Shown here: positions 48,371 to 59,216 of the stretch, in pieces
How positions within the stretch are numbered: position 1 is the stretch's first letter
Layout of the letters: each line of letters starts with the position of its first letter
Virus record (IMG/VR): IMGVR_UViG_3300037067_007633
Span: 1 to 64,000 of that record
DNA from: a virus
Lineage: Duplodnaviria > Caudoviricetes
Strand: one strand, 5' to 3'
Length of the DNA stretch: 64,000 nucleotides
Position numbers and translations under genes: made by a program
Notes under the pieces: model-generated
Told to the model about the DNA's origin: nothing
Databases searched by the model: none
Seen by the model: only the letters and a program-made list of their open reading frames with translations

Positions 48371-51300
48371 ATATAATTTTAAATTCAAAAAAGATATTCA
48401 ACAAATAGTAGACGAAGCTTATCTTGGTCTTGGCGATACCTCCTTATTAAAAATTAATAATGTGCTATTAAATGAGGCACAATATGACTATGATGATCCG
48501 GTAGTAGAGTTTTTAAATATAATGAGGAAGCCAGAAAATTTTCATGCTACTTGTAGGTGGCTTTTTGGTGTAGATATTGTTCCCTTTCAAAATGTAATTC
48601 TAAGATTATTATGGAAATATAAATTTCCCATGTTACTTGGTTCTCGTGGTTGTTCTAAAAGTTTTATGTTGGGATTATATTGTCTTCTTAGGGCTACTTT
48701 ACATCAAGGATGTAAGATTGTTATTTGTGGAGCTTCTTTTAGACAGTCTAAATTCGTATTTGAATATATGGAGGCAATATATAAAAAATATCACGTTTTC
48801 CAATCTATTGTTGGTGGTAGTAAATTTGAGGGTCCAAAGAGAGATATTGATAAGTGGACTTTTTACATTGGGAATAGTGAAGTAATCGCATGTCCGCTTG
48901 GCGATGGCTGCGTAAGTCCTTTCACTGCAACGACTTACGACGATAGATTTTCAACCATAGTTGATCGTAGTAATTTAACACAAAAGATATGGAGTAATGG
49001 TGAATTTAGAGAAATTTCTAATTTTCTAGACAACGGAATAAAACCAACAAAGATTGTTAAGACTAAAAAGGGTTATTATTTTGAGGCTACTTATAATCAT
49101 AGAATGAAAATTTGTCGAGACAGAGAAATATTTTGGATTCGTACAGACGAAATGAAAATTGGAGATAGAATACTAATTGACCGATCAGAACGATGGCATA
49201 ATGGTAATTTTGATTGTACTGATGATCAAGCTTATGCTTTAGGTTCTATGATAGGCGATGGATGTTGGACAGATAAATATAAATTAGGATATGCAGTACA
49301 TACTGATGATAGTTATCATTTTATTCCATATTTAAATAGCATTGGTGAATGGAAAAATTCAATTACTGATAAACAACATTGGCATTTATATGGTTATAAA
49401 AACATACAAAAATGGATAGACTTTTGGAAACTTCAACCTCAATGTTATGGTATTAATAAACAGTTACCTCCTAATATATTAACAGCTAACAAAGAAAGAA
49501 TGACAGCGTGTCTACAATCTTTATTTGATACAGATGGAACATTACAAGTAGGTCATGCCAAAGGAGGTACTTCTATTTGTGTTAGTTTTACTAATACAAG
49601 TAAAGTTTTAGTAGAACAAATTCACTATATACTTTTACACTACGGAATTATTTCTACTGTTAGTTCAAGAGATAGAAATGAAAAATGGAATAGAGCATAT
49701 GAACTTTTTATTAGCGGGCAAGATGTAATAAAATTTGCTAAACAAATAGGTTTTAGATTAAAAAGAAAACAGGATATTTTACAAGATGCTGTTAATCAAA
49801 AAATTCTAGTAAGTTCTATGGATGATAATATTCCAGATATAAAATCTGAAATGATACGAATAAAATCCAACTTTAAAGCACTAGAATATAATTATGGTTT
49901 ATGTATATCTAAAATTAAAAGCAAAAAGAATATTACTTTTGACTTTGCTCAAAAATTTTTAAATCAATATAGTCATATTCAAGATCCTTTTATTGAACAA
50001 TTAAAAACTTTAATAAATCCAAATATTTACTATGATGTGATTACTTCTATAGAAGATAGCGAATCGTCAACATATGATATAGAGATTCCAGAAAATCATG
50101 AATATTGTGCTAACGGATTTTTTTCTCATAATTCTACCATTAGAGGTATGCGTGCTAACTACATCATAGCAGACGAATTTCAAAGTATTCCAAGAGATAT
50201 TTTCGAGGTAGTTGTAAAAGGATTCGGTGCGGTTAGTGAAAGTCCATCTGAACGTGTTAAACATTATTCAAAAATACAATCATTAAAAGATTTATCTAAA
50301 TTAGAAGAATATAAAGATTTAAATTTGATGGAACTTGCCGATACCGTTAAAGAAGATAGCGGTTTTGGAAATCAAACTATTTTAAGTGGAACGGCATATT
50401 ATACATTTAATCATTTATATCAATACTGGAAAAAATATAAGGGAATAGTTACTTCCGCTGGAGATAGACGAATATTAGAAGAAATATTTCAAGGTGAAGT
50501 TCCTATTAATTTTAATTGGAAAGATTATTGTGTAATAAGAATTCCTTATACAAAAGTTCCAAGCGGATTTCTTGATGAAGATCAAATAGCTCAAGCTAAA
50601 GCTACAGTTGATAGATCAACTTTTATGATGGAATACGGGGCAGTATTTCCTAATGATAGTGAGGGTTTCTTTAAACGAACACTGTTAGAAAAAGCTACGT
50701 GTAAACCGCCAATTATGTTACCGTCTGGTCCTGTAGAGTTTTCTTCTACTTTATGTGGTAGTCCAAATAAAACTTATGTAATAGGAATTGATCCGGCATC
50801 TGAAAAAGATAATTTTGCTATTATTGTTTTAGAAATACAACCAGATCATAGAAGAATTGTTTATTCGTGGACTGTGAGTAGAGCTAAGATGCGGGAAAAA
50901 TTATTAAAAGCCGGTAAAAGTGTTCAAACGGGATTTTATACATATTGTGCTAATAAAATACGTGAACTATGCAAGAAGTTTCCAACTACACATATTGGAA
51001 TTGATAGTCAAGGTGGTGGTATAGCTGTTATGGAGGCTTTGAGAGAAACAGAAGGATTAGAAAAAGGTGAACTTCCCATTCTTCCTTATGTAAAACAAGG
51101 TGACGATGACCCGTTTTGGTGGGAAGCTCCAGACAAACCAACTGACGGTGAACCTGGATTACATCATTTACATTTAGTTAATTTTGCCAGTGCTGAATTT
51201 ACCGGAAAAGCTAATCATGGTATGAGAATGGATTTTGAAAATCAAGTTCTTATTTTCCCGTTTTTTGATTCTCTTACGTTAGGTGAGTCTTACAAGGATG

Positions 51301-51677
51301 ATAAAATAACTAATAGAGATTCTGATACTTTAGAAGATTGTGTGTTAGAAATAGAAGAATTGAAAAACGAATTAACAACAATTGTTATCACCGAAACAAC
51401 AACCGGTAGAGATCATTGGGATACACCTGGAATTAAATTACCTGGAGGTAAAAAAGGACGTGTAAGAAAAGATAGATATTCTGCCTTATTAATAGCTAAT
51501 ATGATTGCTCGTCATATTGGTAATACTATCAATGTACCAGAATACAAAGTTGCTGGTGGATATATTGGTGATCCTAAATTAAAAAATTGTACTAGTAAGA
51601 CAATGTATGTTGGACCAGATAATTTAGTAAGCAAAATGACAGGAAGTTATGGGGCTGGAGTTTATAGGGGAAGATAA
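48354..51677 (+). CDS. terL: terminase large subunit with intein
   Basis: Walker A GSRGCSKS, RGMRANYIIADEF Walker B, IGIDPA nuclease, KDRYSA. Confidence 0.92.
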   Translation: MLNLDKYNFKFKKDIQQIVDEAYLGLGDTSLLKINNVLLNEAQYDYDDPVVEFLNIMRKPENFHATCRWLFGVDIVPFQNVILRLLWKYKFPMLLGSRGCSKSFMLGLYCLLRATLHQGCKIVICGASFRQSKFVFEYMEAIYKKYHVFQSIVGGSKFEGPKRDIDKWTFYIGNSEVIACPLGDGCVSPFTATTYDDRFSTIVDRSNLTQKIWSNGEFREISNFLDNGIKPTKIVKTKKGYYFEATYNHRMKICRDREIFWIRTDEMKIGDRILIDRSERWHNGNFDCTDDQAYALGSMIGDGCWTDKYKLGYAVHTDDSYHFIPYLNSIGEWKNSITDKQHWHLYGYKNIQKWIDFWKLQPQCYGINKQLPPNILTANKERMTACLQSLFDTDGTLQVGHAKGGTSICVSFTNTSKVLVEQIHYILLHYGIISTVSSRDRNEKWNRAYELFISGQDVIKFAKQIGFRLKRKQDILQDAVNQKILVSSMDDNIPDIKSEMIRIKSNFKALEYNYGLCISKIKSKKNITFDFAQKFLNQYSHIQDPFIEQLKTLINPNIYYDVITSIEDSESSTYDIEIPENHEYCANGFFSHNSTIRGMRANYIIADEFQSIPRDIFEVVVKGFGAVSESPSERVKHYSKIQSLKDLSKLEEYKDLNLMELADTVKEDSGFGNQTILSGTAYYTFNHLYQYWKKYKGIVTSAGDRRILEEIFQGEVPINFNWKDYCVIRIPYTKVPSGFLDEDQIAQAKATVDRSTFMMEYGAVFPNDSEGFFKRTLLEKATCKPPIMLPSGPVEFSSTLCGSPNKTYVIGIDPASEKDNFAIIVLEIQPDHRRIVYSWTVSRAKMREKLLKAGKSVQTGFYTYCANKIRELCKKFPTTHIGIDSQGGGIAVMEALRETEGLEKGELPILPYVKQGDDDPFWWEAPDKPTDGEPGLHHLHLVNFASAEFTGKANHGMRMDFENQVLIFPFFDSLTLGESYKDDKITNRDSDTLEDCVLEIEELKNELTTIVITETTTGRDHWDTPGIKLPGGKKGRVRKDRYSALLIANMIARHIGNTINVPEYKVAGGYIGDPKLKNCTSKTMYVGPDNLVSKMTGSYGAGVYRGR
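48909..50132 (+). mobile_element. intein (408 aa) with LAGLIDADG endonuclease in TerL
   Basis: begins CVSPFT, block B EATYNH, LGSMIGDG/LQSLFDTDG, ends FFSHN, +1 Ser. Confidence 0.92.
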
Positions 51678-51683
51678 GAAGAG

Positions 51684-51700
51684 TTTGGTGTATTTTATAT
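51684..51700 (+). promoter_or_regulatory. candidate late promoter TTTGGTGTATW (second copy at about 56964)
   Basis: the same motif precedes the portal gene and gene 57021. Confidence 0.45.
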
Positions 51701-51743
51701 TGTCCTCTTTATTTAATTAGCAATTCAATTATAAGGGCAAACA

Positions 51744-53933
51744 ATGCCATTACAAGATAAAGAAAAAAGTCCGGTGTTGGGTTTTATTACTTGGAATCCT
51801 AATAATGCTGTAAGTGTTGAAAAAGCACAATTAGCTGCCGCAAAAGCTTTAGATGAATGTCAATTAGTTTCCAGGGCGGATCAATACACCAGAGAATTCC
51901 AAAATATATTACCAAATATATCTATTAGAGATGGATATTCTAGAAATGATTACGAATACTTTCGTAGAAATGAAAGAGTTCCGCAGAAACAAAAAGAAAT
52001 AATTAGATATTGTATGGAGGCTGCTAGAAAAATTGGTTTGGTACGCAATGTTGTTGATTTAATGTCAGATTTTGCTACACAAGGAATGGAATTAGTTCAT
52101 CCAAACAAACAAATTCAAAAATTTTATCGTGGTTGGTGGGAAACAGTAAAGGGCAAAGATCGTTCTGAAAGAATAGCTAGTTTATTAGTTAGGGCTGGAA
52201 ATGTTGTTGCAAAAAGAGTTGTAGCAAAAATTAGTGAAAAAAATGAAAAATTTTTAAGATCTTTGGCTTCTGAAGATTTAGAATCTTTCCCAGAATTACC
52301 CAAAATTGATAGAAGAACAATTCCTATTCGTTATGATTTTATAAACCCTTTGTCTGTGGAAAAATCCGGTGGTGAATTGTCTCAATTTATCGGAAAATCT
52401 ATTTATGCTATTAAAGTTCCGCTATCAGTAAAAAACAAAGTATTAACACCATCTAATGAACTAGAAAAAGAATTAGTAAAATTTATACCGGATTATTTAT
52501 ATAAGGAAATTAAATCTGGTAATGAATATTTTGTTCCAGATCAAAATAAATTAAAGGTTTGTCATTATAAGAAAGATGATTGGCAAGATTGGGCTGACCC
52601 AATGATTTATGCTATTTATGACGATCTTTTAATGTTAGAAAAAATGAAACTTGCTGATTTAGCCGCGTTAGATGGAGCTATTTCTCAAATTCGTATTTGG
52701 AAATTAGGAGACTTAGAACGCGGATTATTTCCAACTGATAAGGCTATTTCAAAATTAGTTGAAATACTAATGTCTAATCCTGGTGGTGGTGCTTTTGATT
52801 TAATTTGGGGACCAGATTTAACTGTAGAAGAATATAAAACAAATGTTCATCAATTTTTAGGTGGATCAAAATATGAACCTGTACTTAATAATATATATGC
52901 TGGACTTGGCATCCCTCCCACCCTTACCGGAAGTGCTAACGCTGGCGGTTTTACAAATAATTACATTAGTTTAAAAACTCTTATTAAACGCTTAGAATAT
53001 ATTAGAGATATTATACTTGATTTTTGGAAAATGGAAATTGAATTAATAAGACAGTCGATGGGTTTTAGATTTGGTGCTGAAATAAAATTTGATAGAATGG
53101 TTTTATCAGACGAAGCCGCTGAAAAGAAATTATTAATGGATATGGCGGATCGTTTACATATTTCAACAGAAACATTACGAGAAAGATTTGGGGAATCAGA
53201 CGAACTTGAAACTTTGAGATTAAGGCGTGAAGCCAGAGAACGCGAAAGCGGTACACGTACTCCTATTGGTGGTCCATATCTTAGTGCTGAAAAACAATTT
53301 GATTTAGCAAAGATAGCACTACAGAGAACTTTAATTACTCCAAACGAAGCCGGTTTAGATGTTCCAGAAAAATATAAAAAAGCCCCGTTCTTACAACAAT
53401 TAGATATACAAAAAAATAAAGTCAAAGATTCTCCTATTAGTGATGAGAATAAAGGCGTTTCAGGACAGGGTAGACCAAAAAATTCTAAAGATACCGAAAA
53501 AAGAAAACAAAAAGACGTTAAAATTAGAACTTCTGCAAGTGACATAGATATTAATATTGATAATATTAGTAAATTTATGGTTCATATGACTTGGGCAAAA
53601 GAAGCTCAACAAATTATTTCTGATATTATTACCCCGTCGTTTTTAGAGCAATTTGGTAAGAAAAATTTAAGAAGTTTAAGCAACGAAGAGTTTTCTATTG
53701 TTGAAAATATTAAATTTATGATATTAGCTAATACTCAACCGTTATCAGAAATTGGTGTATCTCAAATTAAGGATGTTGTAGATAATCCTAATTCTATAAT
53801 TCCACCTATTTATTCTAAGTTATATGATACTATGATCAAGGTAACAAAAAAAGAAAAGGGTAGTGAATTAACAGTAGATGAAACTCGTAATCTTCAAGCT
53901 TCTATTTATGCAATTTTAAATAGTATAGAATAA
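51744..53933 (+). CDS. portal protein
   Basis: position after TerL; VRNVVDLMSDF, IYAGLGIPPTL, ISTETLRERFG. Confidence 0.8.
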   Translation: MPLQDKEKSPVLGFITWNPNNAVSVEKAQLAAAKALDECQLVSRADQYTREFQNILPNISIRDGYSRNDYEYFRRNERVPQKQKEIIRYCMEAARKIGLVRNVVDLMSDFATQGMELVHPNKQIQKFYRGWWETVKGKDRSERIASLLVRAGNVVAKRVVAKISEKNEKFLRSLASEDLESFPELPKIDRRTIPIRYDFINPLSVEKSGGELSQFIGKSIYAIKVPLSVKNKVLTPSNELEKELVKFIPDYLYKEIKSGNEYFVPDQNKLKVCHYKKDDWQDWADPMIYAIYDDLLMLEKMKLADLAALDGAISQIRIWKLGDLERGLFPTDKAISKLVEILMSNPGGGAFDLIWGPDLTVEEYKTNVHQFLGGSKYEPVLNNIYAGLGIPPTLTGSANAGGFTNNYISLKTLIKRLEYIRDIILDFWKMEIELIRQSMGFRFGAEIKFDRMVLSDEAAEKKLLMDMADRLHISTETLRERFGESDELETLRLRREARERESGTRTPIGGPYLSAEKQFDLAKIALQRTLITPNEAGLDVPEKYKKAPFLQQLDIQKNKVKDSPISDENKGVSGQGRPKNSKDTEKRKQKDVKIRTSASDIDINIDNISKFMVHMTWAKEAQQIISDIITPSFLEQFGKKNLRSLSNEEFSIVENIKFMILANTQPLSEIGVSQIKDVVDNPNSIIPPIYSKLYDTMIKVTKKEKGSELTVDETRNLQASIYAILNSIE

Positions 53934-53936
53934 TAA

Positions 53937-55355
53937 ATGTATAAAATACCAACATATAAAAATGAAAATAAAATTTCTGATATTGTTTCTATTGGTAGCT
54001 CTCGTTTAGAATGTAAACTTCTTACTGATATAAATGAAAAAACTAAAGATTTTATTAATAACCAAGCAATAGCGAATTTAAAACTTAGCTGTGGAAGTTT
54101 AGATTTTGATTTATTTACAGTTTATAGTTTATTAGTTTCTACGGGTTGGAATGGTAATACAGACGTATTTTTAAAAGACGAAATTTATAATTCTTATTAT
54201 ACCCCTATTAATAAACCGTTTAATGTAGAACACATTCCAAATAAAATTATTGGACATATGACAAACACTTGTTTGGTTGACGATGAATATAATCCTATTG
54301 ATATGAGTTTAGCTATTGATGAGATATCAGATAAGCTACATATTTTAAATAGTTCTGTGATTTATAGACATATTGGTAGTAGAGATCCAAAATGGGAACA
54401 ACAAGTTGCCAATTGGATTAAAGAAATCAAAAATGGTGATTGGTTTGTTTCTATGGAGGTTTTATTTAAGAATTTTGATTATTCTTTAATAGATTCTAAT
54501 GGCGTTGAAGAAATTATTCAGCGAAATTCTGAAACTTCTCATATGTCGCATTCATTAGTATTTTATGGTGGAAATAGTATATATAATGGTAAAAGAATAG
54601 GTAGAGTTTTAAGAAATATAACATTTTCTGGTATGGGACTTGTTAGAAAGCCTGCTAATAAAGAAAGTGTAATTTCTAGTGATCCTGGTGTATTTAATAA
54701 TATATTCGCTTCTATTAATAAGGAGAGTGATGAAATAATGACTCAAGAACAAATTACAAAGTTAGAAACCGAATTAGCTGAAACAAAAGCTAAGTTGGTT
54801 GAGACCGAAGGACAACTTAATACTGCAAGGGCTAGCGAAGCCGAATTAGTTACATTAAAGACTGAAATTCTGACAATTAAAGATACTTTAAACATTAAGG
54901 ATGCTTCAATTGCTGAATTAACTGTAAAAGTTAAGTCGTTAGAGACAGCAAAAGCTGACGTTGATAATCAATTAGTAAAATCTCAAGAAGAATTAAACGC
55001 TATGAAAGCACAAGCATTAAAAGAAACTCGATTAAATGCTTTACGTGCATCTGCCGATTTTGCTGATGACGAATTAACTGCCATATTAGAACAATATATG
55101 TCATTTAGCGACGAACAATTTAATGCAGTTATTAATACTTTAGCTAAAAAGTGTAAAAAAGAAGTGGCTAATGTCAACGTAGAAATTGATAAAGTTGGTG
55201 AAGCTGCTACTACTGCTACAGTTTTGGAAAATATTGAAGTAGAAAATGATCCGAAACTTGCAAATGATGGTGTAAATAATGAAGAGATTGAACAAGCAAA
55301 AGCACATTTATCTGGATTTCTAGGTAATTTGATAAATCAGAAGACTAAAAAATAA
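53937..55355 (+). CDS. prohead protease / scaffold fusion
   Basis: N.EH..IIGH, VSMEV, FSGMGLVRKPAN; coiled-coil C-terminal half. Confidence 0.75.
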   Translation: MYKIPTYKNENKISDIVSIGSSRLECKLLTDINEKTKDFINNQAIANLKLSCGSLDFDLFTVYSLLVSTGWNGNTDVFLKDEIYNSYYTPINKPFNVEHIPNKIIGHMTNTCLVDDEYNPIDMSLAIDEISDKLHILNSSVIYRHIGSRDPKWEQQVANWIKEIKNGDWFVSMEVLFKNFDYSLIDSNGVEEIIQRNSETSHMSHSLVFYGGNSIYNGKRIGRVLRNITFSGMGLVRKPANKESVISSDPGVFNNIFASINKESDEIMTQEQITKLETELAETKAKLVETEGQLNTARASEAELVTLKTEILTIKDTLNIKDASIAELTVKVKSLETAKADVDNQLVKSQEELNAMKAQALKETRLNALRASADFADDELTAILEQYMSFSDEQFNAVINTLAKKCKKEVANVNVEIDKVGEAATTATVLENIEVENDPKLANDGVNNEEIEQAKAHLSGFLGNLINQKTKK

Positions 55356-55373
55356 TAAAGGAGAGACTTTACA

Positions 55374-55841
55374 ATGGGTTTAAAAGGTGATCGCCAAGAA
55401 ACTTCTTATGATGTTTCATTTTTCATGAACGAGGTAGCCGAAAGGGGTGGCGTTGTTACAATGTCAACTGCTGGTAGTGGTTCTGCCTTAGATCAAGCTG
55501 CCGCATTAGTAACTTATGCAGCCGCTCCATCAGGAAAAGTAGCCGTTGGTTTACTTTTAGCTGATATGGTTGATATTGACCAAACTAAATATCATGTAAA
55601 CTTCCATAAAAACGAAGTTCAAAAGGGTGGAAAAGTTCCACTTTTAACTGAAGGATGGGTTGTTACAGATATGATTTATCCTGGAGTAACACCAACCGCT
55701 GGTATTACTGCTTATTTAGCTCATAGTGGCTTGTTAGCTATTACTGATGTAATTGGTTCCAATATAAAAGTTGGTCGTTTTTATTCAACTAAAGACGAAG
55801 ACGGCTTTGCAAAAGTTTATGTAAAGCTACCACAGGTTTAA
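55374..55841 (+). CDS. capsid decoration/cement-like protein
   Basis: small beta-rich protein between scaffold and capsid; strong RBS. Confidence 0.6.
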   Translation: MGLKGDRQETSYDVSFFMNEVAERGGVVTMSTAGSGSALDQAAALVTYAAAPSGKVAVGLLLADMVDIDQTKYHVNFHKNEVQKGGKVPLLTEGWVVTDMIYPGVTPTAGITAYLAHSGLLAITDVIGSNIKVGRFYSTKDEDGFAKVYVKLPQV

Positions 55842-55878
55842 AAATTTAATTATTTAATATAAAAGGAGAGATAATAAT

Positions 55879-56889
55879 ATGGCAGATGAAAAATTTTTCA
55901 GCAAGCCAACTGCGGAAGAGACAGCTTTACTAAAACGTACTGGTAGTGCTGATAGAGAAGTTGCTACTGCTGCTGCACGCGAACTTGCTATAGCTATTCA
56001 AGGTCCACTTCGTCAAGGTATTATGTGTGGAGATATTACTAATGGTATTTTCGAGCAAATTGTACTACAACCTGGTGCCGCTCCTGAATATCCACTTGAT
56101 TTACTAGCTCCTGGTACTGAAAAAGATTATGTTGCTTATACAATTCCTAAAATTGGTCGTATTCCAGAACGTAATGTTGAAGGTGACTATGTAACCGTTC
56201 CAACATACGAAATTGGTAATTCTATTAATTGGGCTTTACGTTATGCCAGAGACGCACGTTGGGATATTGTAGGTCGTAGTTTACAAGTTTTCCGTGCTGG
56301 TTTCGTAAAGAAAATTAATGATGATGCTTGGCATACTCTATTAGCAGCCGCATTAGATCGTAATATTATAGTTTACGACGGTGATGCTACTGCTGGTCAG
56401 TTTACCAAAAGACTCGTTTCGTTAATGAAAACCGTTATGCGTCGAAACGGCGGTGGAAATTCAACGTCAGCAAATCGTGGTAAATTAACCGATCTATATA
56501 TGTCACCAGAAAGTATGGAAGATATTCGAGATTGGAAAGTAGATCAAGTAGATGAAATTACCCGTAATCAGATCTTTAACGCTCCAGACGGAAGTTTAAG
56601 CAGGATTTTCGGAGTAACAATTCATGATATTGATGAACTTGGTGAAGATCAAGAATATCAGAATTTTTATACTAACCAATTATCTGGTGCGGTTGCAAGT
56701 GGCGACCTAGAAATTGTTGTTGGTTTAGATTTAAGTAAACCTAATTGTTTCGTAATGCCTATTCGTGAAGACGTTCAAGTTTTTGAAGATGACGGCTTAC
56801 ACCGTTCTCGTCAAAATGGTGTTTATGGATGGACAGAGCGAGGCGTTGGAGTATTATCAAATACTCAGTGTCTACTTGGATCATTATAA
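55879..56889 (+). CDS. major capsid protein
   Basis: 336 aa, strong RBS, head-module position, followed by a terminator. Confidence 0.8.
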   Translation: MADEKFFSKPTAEETALLKRTGSADREVATAAARELAIAIQGPLRQGIMCGDITNGIFEQIVLQPGAAPEYPLDLLAPGTEKDYVAYTIPKIGRIPERNVEGDYVTVPTYEIGNSINWALRYARDARWDIVGRSLQVFRAGFVKKINDDAWHTLLAAALDRNIIVYDGDATAGQFTKRLVSLMKTVMRRNGGGNSTSANRGKLTDLYMSPESMEDIRDWKVDQVDEITRNQIFNAPDGSLSRIFGVTIHDIDELGEDQEYQNFYTNQLSGAVASGDLEIVVGLDLSKPNCFVMPIREDVQVFEDDGLHRSRQNGVYGWTERGVGVLSNTQCLLGSL

Positions 56890-56917
56890 TCTTTTAATTT
56901 TCATAATTAAATAAATT

Positions 56918-56955
56918 AAGCCCCATTAAGAGCAATCTTGTGGGGCTTTTTCTTT
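56918..56955 (+). terminator. intrinsic terminator
   Basis: AAGCCCCA...TGGGGCTT followed by a T run. Confidence 0.8.
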
Positions 56956-57020
56956 ATATTATATTTGGTGTATAATTTAGTGGCTATAATTATTTTTAAT
57001 TATCAAGAGACTATATAAAT

Positions 57021-57713
57021 ATGTCTAGTTTAAGTGGATATAAATCAATAGTAGATATTTTAACGCCATATCCAACTGAATCTGGAGGTAGGGCTTTAAA
57101 TGACAACTTTGTAAATATAGCGGATCTTTTATCTGTTATTAATAATATTAGTGGTATACCTATTGTAGGTCAACCAATTTATGGAAATGTTTTAGCATAT
57201 GACGGTATTAATTGGGTTCCTTCCGGTGTAGTGTCATCCAGTTCTGGAACAACAACAACGTCTATTAGAAGTATTCCATTTTTTCCTAGTGATGCAGAAA
57301 TGCCACTATCTAACTATGCTAGTTATGATTCAATAGGTGGTAATTACGCTATTAAATTTTTAGCTAATAGATATGAACAAGTTGGTTTTTCTAACACTGT
57401 TCCTGTGGATTTTACAAATATATTAAACGGTAAAGTATCTGTAAATTATTATTTAGCTGAAACCGGAATTTTTAGCGGTGGAGTAAATTGGCAAGTATAT
57501 TTTGATGGTTTTTCAGATCATAGTTCTACATCTGGAGATACTACAAGTTTTACTACAAATTATAATGGTCAAGATGGATATTTACATACAGGCAGTGGAA
57601 TAGTAGATTCTGGATTGCATGTTTTACAACCAGAATATCATTTTAAAATGAATTTGGGTTGCAGTAGCACCAGGGATGTATATTTACTTTCAACGATATT
57701 AAAATTTTTCTAA
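57021..57713 (+). CDS. putative virion protein
   Basis: ALNDNF..I, GNVLAYDG.NWVP fibre-like motif; SG-rich. Confidence 0.65.
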   Translation: MSSLSGYKSIVDILTPYPTESGGRALNDNFVNIADLLSVINNISGIPIVGQPIYGNVLAYDGINWVPSGVVSSSSGTTTTSIRSIPFFPSDAEMPLSNYASYDSIGGNYAIKFLANRYEQVGFSNTVPVDFTNILNGKVSVNYYLAETGIFSGGVNWQVYFDGFSDHSSTSGDTTSFTTNYNGQDGYLHTGSGIVDSGLHVLQPEYHFKMNLGCSSTRDVYLLSTILKFF

Positions 57714-57720
57714 TTAAATT

Positions 57721-59199
57721 ATGTCAATAAAACAAAGCGGTGTATTAGATATATCTGAATCATTTAATTTGCCAACTACTGGCTCTTTAAGTTTATGGGT
57801 AATTCCATTAGATGATAATTCAATTTATAATCCATCTGGATTGATTTGCGAATTTAATGATGGGTCTTCTAAACTAATACTGGGTAATAGTGGTGATAAT
57901 TATTATATTACAGCTAATATAAACGGTGTTCCTTCTTCTATTTATTTTCCTGATAGTGGTGGATTATCTCATTGTTCATTATATTGGAATAACGATAGTC
58001 AAACTGGGATTTTTTATCTAAATAATACACAAAATATTATTAATAATTTTACTGTTCCTAGTAGTATTATTCCTACAGGACATTTTTATCCCACTTCTGG
58101 ATTATCTGAGGTTGGATTGTGGTCTACAGATATATCGGCACATCAACAAGAATTATATAATCAATTTAATAATACGCATTTTAATCCTTCTAATTTAGAG
58201 TTATATTATCCTTTAGGCGGATTATATGGAAATAATTTAAATGATTATTCTAAAAACAAAAAGAATTTATATTCTAATACACAATTATGTTGTGATATAT
58301 ATATATTAGAAATTAGCGGTGTTGATACTACGTCAGATTATAATAACAGTTGTAGTGGAAGTGAGTGTTTAGATTATACATGTAATTCTTTAAATGGAAC
58401 TTTTATTGTAACACCACCATTAGGGTCTAGTAGTACTGGTTTATATTACGTTGATTTAAGTTATATACCTACAGATATTGCACTTTTAGCGTTAGATTTA
58501 TCAGATGGTACAACTTGTATACCGGGTTGTTGCTCATCATGTTCTGTTAATGGGGCGGATAAAATATATTATTTACCAATTACAAGATCGACGGGGTTTT
58601 GTGATATTGCAGACAGTACTAATTATTTAATTGGTAGTGTGGTATGGGTGGATGGTTTCAGTGTTGAACATAATAATAATTTATATTTAAATTTTAGTGA
58701 TTATCAAATAGATCCAATTTCATTAAGAATTGAGTTTAATATTACTGTTGATCCAAGTGAAATTTTTGGTACAACATATAGTGTTCCAAGTTTTACTACG
58801 TGCGATCAATTATATGGTGGTGTTAGTGCTGTTGGTGGTGGTAGTACTGGAAGTGTATTAATTTTTCCAACAAATCCAACAGCATCAATTATAAAAGGTT
58901 ATAGTTATTATAGACTTGTATTTAATTCTATGGGTGTATTATTAAGAATAGAATTGTTAACTTTTGAACCTTCTAGTATAGATATTGAAAACTATGCTAT
59001 GATTCTTAAATACACCGAAGTTATTTGGGAAAATCTTTTGGAAATTTGTGGTAGTAACGGAGATTTTATTACTTATAATGAGACATTTAATGGTGTGCCG
59101 TGTTCTAGGTTTAATTTTTCTCAAATAGCATGTAGTGGCAATAATAATACGATGTGGTTAGACAAACATATTCCTCCTTTATTAAAATATAGTTCATAG
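57721..59199 (+). CDS. putative virion protein, LamG-like N-terminus and Cys-rich C-terminal part
   Basis: GSLSLWV, LSEVGLWS, LELYYPL..DYS. Confidence 0.6.
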   Translation: MSIKQSGVLDISESFNLPTTGSLSLWVIPLDDNSIYNPSGLICEFNDGSSKLILGNSGDNYYITANINGVPSSIYFPDSGGLSHCSLYWNNDSQTGIFYLNNTQNIINNFTVPSSIIPTGHFYPTSGLSEVGLWSTDISAHQQELYNQFNNTHFNPSNLELYYPLGGLYGNNLNDYSKNKKNLYSNTQLCCDIYILEISGVDTTSDYNNSCSGSECLDYTCNSLNGTFIVTPPLGSSSTGLYYVDLSYIPTDIALLALDLSDGTTCIPGCCSSCSVNGADKIYYLPITRSTGFCDIADSTNYLIGSVVWVDGFSVEHNNNLYLNFSDYQIDPISLRIEFNITVDPSEIFGTTYSVPSFTTCDQLYGGVSAVGGGSTGSVLIFPTNPTASIIKGYSYYRLVFNSMGVLLRIELLTFEPSSIDIENYAMILKYTEVIWENLLEICGSNGDFITYNETFNGVPCSRFNFSQIACSGNNNTMWLDKHIPPLLKYSS

Positions 59200-59216
59200 T
59201 GTAAGGATAATAAATA

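Noticed and set aside
52961-53545. 194-aa minus-strand ORF (also 45092, 50067, 54983, 62263)
   Set aside because: Antisense to portal and other late genes
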